From NCBI GenBank assembly GCA_002269645.1, contig NIVC01001992.1, forward strand, positions 1 to 64,000: DNA of 64,000 bases, given 5' to 3'. The notes below the pieces were generated by a model. The model was not told where the DNA came from and searched no databases. It saw only the letters and a program-made list of their open reading frames with translations. The translations under genes and the position numbers were made by a program. Positions 53,901 to 64,000 of this stretch are shown here, piece after piece; position 1 is the first letter of the stretch, and each line of letters begins with the position of its first letter. This stretch comes from Macrostomum lignano (Eukaryota).

Positions 53901-54840
53901 ATTTTGTGACAATTTTGTATTGGTGCAAGATTCGTTCATATATTTCCAATATACCAAGCTGGGTCTCTTTGATCTTTGCCGCGCCAGAAGTGGGACTGTC
54001 TGAATGGGTGCATTGTGACTGGTCGGGTCTCTTTGATCTTTGCCGCGTCAGAAGTGGGACTGTCTGAATGGGTGCATTGTGACTGGTTAGGTCTCTTTGA
54101 TCTTTGCCGCGCCAGAAGTGGGACTGTCTGAATGGGTGCATTGTGACTGGTCGGGTCTCTTTGATCTTTGCCGCGTCAGAAGTGGGACTGTCTGAGTGGG
54201 TGCATTGTGACTGGTCGGGTCAGTCTGCCTAAAAGTGGAATTGATAGCTACTTGGCGTGAATCAAGCATCAGTCCATTCGACTTCGATTTCCAAATATGG
54301 CATAGACAGAGCCTCCATTAATGGCCCAGGGGGATCTGGTGTCTATTGCTGCACTCTCTGCAACCCCAGTCCACTCAGTGACGATCACTTTCCATTCTGG
54401 TTTAGCGGCCTTCCGGTCCCGCGCTGCCAGAACTCAAGAAACGGAAGCGCTAGGCAAGCCTGCCTGCCCTTCATCTGCAGTCTTGACCCAGTGCGCGCGG
54501 GTGATTTACGGTTGGCAATCTAGATAGGGCCTCTCTCTGATGGGGGTACCGCGGAAGTCCGCAGCTCCTGCTTGATAGACTGATAGATTGTTATGACAGA
54601 GATGGAAGAAAGGTGACTGTATATTTACATCGTACTTCTATACCATATAGTACTCTATTGCCCAATATTTAGCGTCAAAAACGTAAAAAACTTTGTGAGT
54701 ACAAGTGTATAAGTATACACGTAATAAAATTAATTACGCATCAATTGGCGAGAAAGAGAGAGAAACGGATGCAAAGATAGATAATTAAGAAAGTTAGAGG
54801 GAGAAATAGAGGAAGAGACAGAGGGAGAGGGAGAGGGAGA

Positions 54841-54877
<37 letters not shown>

Positions 54878-56345
54878 AGACAGAGAGGGAAGATACAGAG
54901 AGGGGAGAGACAGAGATGGGAGAGACAGAGGGGGAGATACAGAGAGGGGAGAGACAGAGGGGGAGATACAGAGGGGAGAAACAGAGGGGAGAGACAGAGG
55001 GGAGAGACAGAGGGGGAGATACAGAGGGGAGAAACAGAGGGGAGAGACAGAGGGGAGAGACAGAGATGGGAGAGACAGAGATGGGAGAGACAGAGGGGAG
55101 AAACAGAGGGAGAGACAGAGGGGAGAGAGACAGGGGGAGAGACAGAGAGGGGAGAGACAGAGATGGGAGAGACAGAGGGGAGAGACAGAGGGAGAGACAG
55201 AGATGGGAGAGACAGAGGGGAGAGACAGAGGGAGAGACAGAGATGGGAGAGACAGAGGGGAGAGACAGAGGGGAGACAGAGATGGGAGAGACAGAGGGGA
55301 GAGACAGAGATGGGAGAGACAGAGGGGAGAGACAGAGGGAGAGACAGAGGGAGAGACAGAGGGGAGAGACAGAGGGGAGAGACAGAGATGGGAGAGACAG
55401 AGGGGAGAGACAGAGGGAGAGACAGAGGGAGAGACAGAGGGGAGAGACAGAGGGGAGAGACAGAGATGGGAGAGACAGAGGGGAGAGACAGAGGGGAGAG
55501 ACAGAGGGAGAGACAGAGGGAGAGGGAGAGGGAGAGGGAGGGGGACAGAGGAAGAGACAGAGGGGGGAGATGGAGGGAGAGGCAGAGAGAGATAGAGAGG
55601 GAGACAGAGAGGAAGAGAGGGAGAGGGGGAGAGAGAGATGGAGAGGGAGCTGAGAGGCGGAGAAGTGATGCATCAATGGAAATTTCCCTCCAATTGAGAC
55701 GTGTGGCCAAAATTCCCAAAATGAAAAATGCAGTTTTTCTCTGAACTGCATCAGCCAGTTCAAAGAAAATCAAGAAAATCAATGGTTCTCGTATTAGCAT
55801 TCATTTTCATAGCTAATTACACGTACTACGAGCAGTGGCTAGCGTAAAAGCACTAAGCTAAGCAAGTTCCTGCTCTCCGGAGACGCTAAATAGGCCTTTA
55901 GCAATCGTAAATGCCGATTATGGAGAGGAGAAAAGTGGAGGCAGCCGCCCGGACATCCGGGTTGCCCCCAGAACGGCTCCTTTATGTTGATTGATGGCGA
56001 GACTTGCTGCAGCTCCGAAGCGCATTGCTCACTTGCTGCTTGTACGGACAGGATGTGCTCAGCGCGGTCAGACATAAGGGTGCAGTGAGCTTTTTCGCAG
56101 CAATAATGCTCAGGTGCTTATTTATAAGTGCTCGTAGTAGCTCGTAAAAGCTTTTCCGGCAAGGTCTCTCAGAATCTACTCAAATCAAAAAGGTTTCTCC
56201 TTTTTTTAAGCATAGAGATCGCCCAGTATCAGCTCTCACCTGAAGTGCTGAGGCCTTAGTTACTCTCATTATAAGCTGAAGTCTAAGCGATTTAAAAGTT
56301 CAAAGGGGCAAAAAGTTAGTTAGTTAGTTCGTTAGTTAGTTAGTC

Positions 56346-56402
<57 letters not shown>

Positions 56403-59400
56403 TTCAGTTAGTTAGTTAGTTAGTTAGTTAGTCAGTTATTCAGTTAGTTAGTTAGTTAGTTAGTTAGTCAATTTAACTTGGCAGCGAGCGGAATCGAACC
56501 CGGGTACAATGGAGCTTTACAGTCGGGAGGGTTACAGCGAACTTAGTTTGCAATAACTGAGTTTTAACTGCTGGGGAATGTTGGACCGAACAAAGGCCAA
56601 GGCAGCATGCAGAGGCCAGGCGGGCAGCTGATGCTAATTCACTGATGGATCGCTAAGCTACCTCCCCCTCCCCCCAGTGAAACGTGATTATTGCCCCATT
56701 ATTGACGGCCGGAGGTCGCCAAGGGACCAAAGGCGAACCCCTGAACCAGGCAGCGCAGCACAAGCGGCGGAATCGAACCCTGAGAGATGTCTTTCCCAGA
56801 AAACTCAGGAAGCTGAAATGCGCGAAGGCAAATAATGGCCAGAGCTTAGGGGAAGATTGGTATTCTGGCGGCCAGATGGAGAGCGATTCGGTTTTTGGCG
56901 TAGCAACAGCAGCGGCGGCAGTAAGAATTTGACAATTTGACGAGTCTCTGGGACTGTTGGCCAGACTGCCAGCAGCTTCCACAAAAGCCAAATTCTTTGC
57001 AAAGGCCTTCCTCTGGCAGTGCTGTGGCATGCTGCAGGCTGCGTATTTAATAACTTTTAGTCCATGGATAAAAAATGCTGTATAGATGAAGTACAGAAGA
57101 ATGTAATCTACTGTAGCTCGAATGTGAAGCAACGATAAAAAAATTAACTTTCGGCAAAATATCTACAATTTTAATGTTTCGGTATACTGAATGCTTGCAG
57201 GCGGAATGGAGTGGGTGCGGATTGGGGTGGGTGCGGAGTGAGGTGGGTGAGGAGTGAGGTGGGTGCGGAGTGAGGTGGGTGCGGAGTGAGCTGGGTGCAG
57301 AATGAGGGGGTGCGGAGTGGGGTGGGTACGGAGTGAGGTGGGTGCAGAATGAGGGGGTGCGGAGTGAGGTGGGTGCGGAGTGAGGTGGGTGCGGAGTGAG
57401 GTGGGTGCGGAGTGAGGTGGGTGCGGAGTGAGGTAGGTGCAGAATGAGGTGGGTGCGGAGTGAGGTGGGTGCGGAGTGAGGTGGGTGCGGAGTGAGGTGG
57501 GTGCGGAGTGAGGTGGGTGCGGAGTGATGTGGGTGCGGAGTGAGGTGGGTGCGGAGTGAGGTGGGTGCGGAGTGATGTGGGTGCGGAGTGAGGTGGGTGC
57601 GGAGTGAGGTGGGTGCGGAGTGAGGTGGGTGCGGAGTGATGTGGGTGCGGATTGACGTGGGTGCAGATTGGGGTGTGTACAGACAGTAATTACGATAAAA
57701 GGTGCGAAAATGATCGCTTTAAAACGATTTATCCCGCAGCTACGTGGCCATTGTCCACCCGATGCGCGCCCACCTGTGGTTCTCTCGTCGGCGCACCATC
57801 CTAACCCTGGCCTGCTGCTGGTTTCTCGGCCTCGGCTTAGCCTCACAGAGTCTCGTATTCCTCACCGTGATGCCCGTGCCGCCGCAGATGCACAGGCGCT
57901 GTGTGTCCAGATACGCGGACACCCTGGCCGAGCAGATGCGGATCAGCAACGCCATCGGCATGGCGGAGCTGGCCGTGTTCTACTTTCTTCCCCTGTGCCT
58001 GCAGGTGGTGCTCTACAGCCGAATGAGCGCCGCTCTGTTTGGCTCGTTTGGCGCCCACGCTCAGCTTAGAATCAACTGCGCTGGACAGCAGCAGCAGGCG
58101 GTTGCCAGGTGAGGGCTGATAGATAAGCAACCTTTTTTATTCCTTGATCGTCAGTGCTGGCTAGACTAGCAATCCATTCTGTTCCATCATCCCTAATTTG
58201 CTAGTCTAGCAATCCATTCTGTTCCATCATCCCTAATTGGCTAGTCTAGCAATCCATTCTGTTCCATCATTCCTAATTTGCTAGTCTAGCAATCCATTCT
58301 GTTCCATCATCCCTGATTGGATAGACTAGCAATCCATCCTGTTCCATCATCCCTAATTGGCTAGTCTAGCAATCCATTCTGTTCCATCATCCCTAATTGG
58401 CTAGTCTAGCAATCCATTCTGTTCCATCATCCCTGATTGGATAGACTAGCAATCCATCCTGTTCCATCATCCCTAATTGGCTAGTCTAGCAATCCATTCT
58501 GTTCCATCATCCCTAATTGGCTAGTCTAGCAATCCATTCTGTTCCATCATCCCTGATTGGATAGACTAGCAATCCATCCTGTTCCATCATCCCTAATTGG
58601 CTAGTCTAGCAATCCATTCTGTTCCATCATCCCTGATTGGATAGACTAGCAATCCATCCTGTTCCATCATCCCTAATTGGCTAGTCTAGCAATCCATTCT
58701 GTTCCATCATTCCTAATTTGCTAGTCTAGCAATCCATTCTGTTCCATCATCCCTGATTGGATAGACTAGCAATCCATCCTGTTCCATCATCCCTAATTGA
58801 CAAGTCTAGCAATCCATTCTGTTCCATCATCCCTAATTGGCTAGTCTAGCAATCCATTCTGTACCATCATCCCTGATTGGATAGACTAGCAATCCATCCT
58901 GTTCCATCATCCCTAATTGGCAAGTCTAGCAATCCATTCTGTTCCATCATCCCTAATTGGCAAGTCTAGCAATCCATTCTGTTCCATCATCCCTAATTGG
59001 CTAGACTAGCAATCCATCCTGTTCCCCATCCCCCCCAACAGGAGCCAGGCCGTTCCTAGCTCCGCTGCAATGAGCGGCCCAAGTGCCATCACTGTTCAGC
59101 AGCAGCCGCAGCAGCAGCAGAAGCCGAAGCGTCGACAGAAGCGCAGCGACAATCCAGCGATAGCCGGCCGGCAGCAGGTGGTGAAGATGCTGATTGCCTG
59201 CGTGATTGTGTACTTTGTGTGCTACCTGTCCAAGCTGCTGGAGGTGGTGTTCCGCATCGCCGGCTACCAGCCGATCCGGCCGGACACGGCCAAGACGGTC
59301 GTGATGGCGATGATCTACGCCAATTCGGCCGTTAATCCCCTGCTGTACACGGCGTTTAGTCGCAATTTCCGGCGTCAGTTCCGGTTGACATTTAGCCGCT

Positions 59401-59636
59401 GCGGCTGCTGCCGGGCGGAGCTTCGAGCTCAGGACCGCGGTGGCGGTGGCGGCGGCGCCAGGCAGATGCTGGGCGGCCGCAGTGGGTTCGGCGGGGGCAC
59501 CACGCTGCCAGCCGCCTCCAACTGGCACGCCAGTGACGCGGTGGAGTCCGCCGTCGGCCCGGAAGCAGCTGCAGGTGCCCGGGCGGAAGTGCAGATCCCG
59601 ATGCTGCCGCTGCGGGCCACCGGCCGACTGGATTGA
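47971..59636 (+). CDS. Class A (rhodopsin-like) peptide GPCR, 442 aa; exons 47971-48335, 57740-58108, 59042-59636
   Basis: Seven hydrophobic segments and motifs [15 protein letters not shown] (WFLGLAACK), ER|[41 protein letters not shown]. Two phase-2 GT-AG introns keep the frame. Confidence 0.92.
48384..49680. repeat. 22-nt minisatellite (GTGTGTCAGGTGTGCTTTAAT(A/G)T-type), GPCR intron 1
   Basis: Tandem periodicity. Confidence 0.96.
49681..50497. repeat. 21-nt minisatellite (GTGTGTCAGGT(A/G)TGCCATACT), GPCR intron 1
   Basis: Tandem periodicity; shares its core with the preceding array. Confidence 0.96.
51247..52150. repeat. (GAATCY)n hexamer microsatellite, GPCR intron 1
   Basis: Hexamer periodicity. 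Confidence 0.97.
52620..53111. repeat. 21-nt minisatellite (GTGTCAGAGGTGATAGAATGA)
   Basis: Tandem periodicity. Confidence 0.97.
53961..54221. repeat. 64-nt tandem repeat, 4 copies
   Basis: Units start at 53961, 54025, 54089 and 54153. Confidence 0.95.
54797..55650. repeat. GA-rich minisatellite (GAGACAGAGGG-based)
   Basis: Purine-rich tandem. Confidence 0.93.
56316..56470. repeat. (TTAG)n microsatellite
   Basis: Tetramer run. Confidence 0.95.
57195..57665. repeat. 16-nt G-rich minisatellite (GGAGTGAGGTGGGTGC)
   Basis: Tandem periodicity; ends ~70 nt before the acceptor at 57739. Confidence 0.95.
58160..59022. repeat. 40-nt minisatellite (CTAGTCTAGCAATCCATTCTGTTCCATCATCCCTAATTGG), ~21 copies, GPCR intron 2
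   Basis: Tandem periodicity; fills intron 58109-59041. Confidence 0.97.
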
Positions 59637-62600
59637 TGGCGACTCGGCGCTCTTGAATTTTTTTAACAGCGACTATAAGTAGTTAAGAGCTGAAGAAGTA
59701 TTGAAGAAAGTACGCTCGTAATTGGCAATTGTGTAGAACTCCTCAATAAACAAGCCGACTGAAAATCTTCATGTACGCTAAGCGTCGATTCATAGCCTCT
59801 ATATTTAGATTATTTATATTAGTGTCTATACTGCATTATATTTTACTGTACAAGCCTCTGCAAGTGGGACGGGACAGTTAGTTTGAAGAAAAAATTTGGG
59901 AAGGGCTAAATTTTCTTAACAAAATATGCACGGCTGAGATAGGAACTTTCTTAGTATTTAACATAAATATTGTGAAACTGGTTTCGTATATTTCCGTATA
60001 TTTCGCTAATATTTGCGTATCATATTTTCCCTAACATTCCCTGAATGTTTTATGCACAGGCGAGATGGATATCCGTGTATTTGTAATAATATTAAATATT
60101 ATCTGTTGTGTTATAATGCTCTCTGCTTTTTAGTTTGGCTCTGGATATCTTAAGAGAAATTATACGCATTGATACACTACAGTTTAATTTAACAGTTCTG
60201 CGCATGTACCCTGGCCACTCACAAGATCTATGCTTAAAATATAAGTTTATTTAATATCTATCAAATATCGTGCAATACCATTGGGCTTCAAGTGCCAAGC
60301 CCCAAGGTACGGAGAGTGTACATGCTAGAATTACAGTCAGACAAACCAATACACCATCATCCCCTCTGCAAGTGTCGCAGTGCAACAACTGCGTACGTCT
60401 TGTGCAATAAAATATTCAGATAATGTTCTAACTGCACTACTAAAGGACCACTCACTAGTGTTGGGCTATCGTTAATCCTAAATCCTAATCAGCGTTTATT
60501 CGTTACAACGTGAACTTTAAAAAAACCTCTAGCTTTCGATTTGGTCATTGCATGGACGTCACTTTGTGCCCTTGTTGACTCAGTCTAGTGATGAAATTTC
60601 ATAAGTTTATCGACAATGTGAAAGAGCACCATAAATTTTGTGCCTTCTGGACGAATGTATTCTTGTCAGAAGCTTCTGTGCAACATCAGATGCATAATAA
60701 TCCTTAATGGTTATGCTTTAAAAAACTTGTATTGTCAAATCAAGGACCACTAGCAGAATATACCACAGAACTTACACGTACAGTGATGTGTTCCTTATTA
60801 CCAGACTTATCTGTAATCAAAGAACACTCACTTCTAGCTACTAGCTAGGCAACAACCCAGTTATCAGATAAAGGTACTTCTTACCTTGACTTCGATTGGA
60901 GATATCTCTTCAGGAGTTCTCTTGTAGATCTCGCTTGGATCTCTCTTTGATCTCGTAGATCAGGCGCCTTGGTTCTCCTGTTGCCCTGGTCTTGGTTTTC
61001 TTGTACTTCCGATGAAGTGACTTCCGGCCGGTATCTGCAGTCAGGACCAATCAGAGGCCTCGTATCAAACAATGAGTACCCTGCGCCAAATAGCGGTTTC
61101 TCCTTAGCCTTCTAGTAGTGCCTCTATGCACTCTAGGTAATGCCCCGGTAATCTCTAATAGATCCTCTAAGATCTATTAGGGTAAGTCCTTCGGGTGACT
61201 ACAGCCAATGGAGTCTCAAATGGACTCAGAAGTCTCAGCAGACTCTAACACTCTAACTCTAACAATAGTGAGTCGACTTAACAACAACTGGTGCAAATGA
61301 GAAAGGCTTACCGCAACAATTCGACCGAGTCTCGATTGACTTGGTGATCAGGAAGTCCTCCTAAGGCTTCCTCTTCGGAGCTTCTCCTATCTGTTCTGTT
61401 GTTGAATTAACGAACGCAGAAACAAGATAGATAATTATCCGGGCGCTCAGTGGCACCAAAAGAAGGCTTGGCCAATAGGAGGGCGGCTAGTATATTTATG
61501 CACGCGGGGAAGGAAAGTTCTAGAAAGACCGGGAGAGGAAACTTCTGGAACAATGCGTAAACAAGTCCTGCTGTGGAAGTTTCTAGAAACCCTGTCCCCG
61601 AACTATCCCTACGCATTGCATGCCTTTGCAATACACAACACTATCGTCGGGAGTTGGCTCCGGTCCGCTTCGGACCGCTTGTATTTATAGAGAAGCAGAC
61701 CCCTCGTGAGGTCGTCCATTACCTTTTTCGAAAATGTCAAAAGGTCACGCTTTGGTTGTTGTCAAGCATGACAGGGTAGAAAGTTAAGCAACTAGTCTAG
61801 TGTAAGCGCGCATGATTCATTACCGTAGCTGAGCTATTTTTAGATACTTCGATGGGTTCATCTGAGTTCAAGCAAATGATGAATCGCAGGTGGGGTTTGA
61901 ACTGACAATTGTAGGTCACACGTGATTGGTTGGTTGCTAAAATTAGTAACATGATTCATCTTTTAGGTGCGCATGCATGCATTAGCATGCATTTGTTCTA
62001 CTACGATTGACTTATTTTACTTATGCGGGAGATATAACACTCTACAACAGAATGCTCAATCAGTACAATGTCTATGACTCCGAAATGCATGCGAGTGCAC
62101 TGCACTACTTTTTCGATCAAGGCGCCGAAACCGAAAGCAGTGCAGAGGATACTGATAAAGCATCATGTTTAATAGACGTCTCACCATCAATAGATATAGA
62201 AAACTGGTAAGCAAGCTAAACTGGTAAAAGCCGGCTCATATCAAGTATGCTAAGTGAGACAAAACTTACTATACTGAACTCAAGCGACACAAAATGAACG
62301 CACTATTGCACAGTTGACATTATCTGCAATGTGAATAGGCCCAACAGATTAGTATGAGCAATAGAGAAACTGCTAAATGCCAATCTCAATCACTTACATG
62401 TACCGGTCAAAATCTGATGGGAAATTGTGAAACCTTGTTTGTGGTGGACATCTGTATGCGCAAGTTACGGCATCCAAAAGTGGCGCGCTGAGTCCCTGAT
62501 TTACTGTCAGCCGACAACTTTTTTGATTAACTTAAAGCTCTTCAAGATGAGAAACCGTAGGGGGAGGCAGAGAAGTAAGTCTGTCTGACCCCTGGTTCGA

Positions 62601-63317
62601 TTCAACATTCCTTTAGGGCTTGTGTGCAGGAACATTGGGGACCCAGGGGTTCGTCGTGCGATTCACAGCCTTGAGGGCCAATTGGGATGATGTTGTTTGA
62701 CAACCTCGGCCACTTTAACAAGCTCGAAAGTGCATTCTGGTCAAAATTTCATAATCCACGAAGTCTATCTAACTGTAGTCTCTTTCGCCAATTAAAAGAC
62801 TATGGCAATAACCTTGCACACATTTTTGAATTTCTACAGTATATAGAAGCATTGCAGCCACGGACGGTAGCTGACAAGCCGTGTATGTGCATAATATATT
62901 GTATTTTTGTTTCAACCGAGACGAACTAGAAATTACGATGGCAAAATTATAGAGATAAAGGATACGGTGCAGCCAGCGGATAGGCATAATAAAAGACCTA
63001 CTGAATTATTAATTGCATTGACGTTTAACATTTTGGCGAATCTTCTTAATTAATAAAAATAGAAACACGAGCAGTTAGACCAAAGTTTATGATTTACCAG
63101 CCAGAAATACTGGCATTGGGGATGCATACACAAAGCAAAGTCATTTCTATGTATAACATAAGTATATTAACCGGCAATAAACAGGCTTGATTGAAGTAAA
63201 ACTACTAAAGCATGTATTTTCTATTCTTATGTTCAAATAACAGTTCAATTAATGCACATTGGCTGTCCAAATTAAAAATGGAATTATTACTTTCAGCTTC
63301 GTTATCGTTTTCTGGCT

Positions 63318-63692
63318 GAGTCATAAAGCCGGATATCCTTGTAGGTTTATTGATTTACTAGGCGGGGTCATAAACCGTATATCCTTGTAGGTTTATTGAT
63401 TTAATAAGGGGGGTCATAAACCCGTATATCCTTGTAGGTTTATCTATTTACTAGGCGGGGTCATAAACCCGGATATCCTTGTAGGTTTATAGATTTAATA
63501 AGGGGCGGGGTCATAAGCCCGTATATCCTTGTAGGTTTATAGATTTAATAAGGGGCGGGGTCATAAGCCCGTATATCCTTGTAGGTTTATCGATTTAATA
63601 AGGGAGGGTCATAAACCCGTACATCCTTGTAGGTTTTATCGATTTTCTTGCTGGGTCATAAACCTACCTGCCCGTGTAGGTTTATTGATTTT
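63318..63692. repeat. 43-48-nt degenerate minisatellite (GTCATAAACCCGTATATCCTTGTAGGTTTAT...), ~8 copies
   Basis: Tandem periodicity. Confidence 0.9.
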
Positions 63693-64000
63693 CTGGTTGG
63701 GACAATTAACACACCTAATTTTTCACCTCAGCTTGTGCAGCACTGCGAGTCTAAGATAAGTGCAATTTCTGGTTTACTAATTAATCACTGACGCTAAATC
63801 CTAACATTGAGTTTGAGTAGATCATGAAATGCCTACACTGTCTTCACAATGACAAACGCTTTCATTCGAAAAGTCAACACATTTCAAAGCAAACGCCTAC
63901 TAAAAATTATGAATGCTAAGCCGAAACACGTGATTCACAATGGCGAAATTGCCGCCAAAATTGCGCAATAAAAATGACTCGCAGAAGGCCAACGCCTGTG

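Noticed and set aside
60880-61780. LTR/5'-UTR-like retroelement segment (minus-strand TATA-like boxes, TGGCGCAG PBS-like 8-mer)
   Set aside because: Only 8 nt of PBS similarity, no paired LTR, no TSD and no gag/pol coding; needs a repeat-library search.

Overview
Animal (metazoan) nuclear DNA. It has spliceosomal introns, GC-rich exons and about 40 unrelated tandem arrays that cover roughly 35-40% of the window by hand estimate. The style resembles a repeat-rich free-living flatworm such as Macrostomum; that is inference and was not checked. Six intron-containing genes can be spliced by hand into intact ORFs. Four form a tight co-oriented minus-strand cluster: ARL6IP1-like, an enoyl-CoA delta-isomerase paralog lacking the catalytic Glu, ECI1 and C1GALT1 (core-1 T-synthase). 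The other two are a CAAX-type complexin (minus) and a class A peptide GPCR (plus). Mobile DNA includes a hAT derivative with TIRs and 8-bp TSD inserted inside an intronic minisatellite, nested TIR elements at 20-23 kb, a foldback element and a Penelope-like RT remnant. Main leads: (1) the four-gene cluster looks like a trans-spliced operon, and four of the five arrays in its spacers share an oriented GCGATT/AATCGC core; (2) 11 of 13 reconstructed introns carry their own minisatellite, and several arrays are amplifications of the splice donor, acceptor-proximal sequence or stop codon; (3) the tandem ECI pair looks like an enzyme plus a pseudoenzyme. Most long ORFs in the supplied track are translations of stop-free repeats, not genes. 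Array boundaries and copy numbers are approximate.
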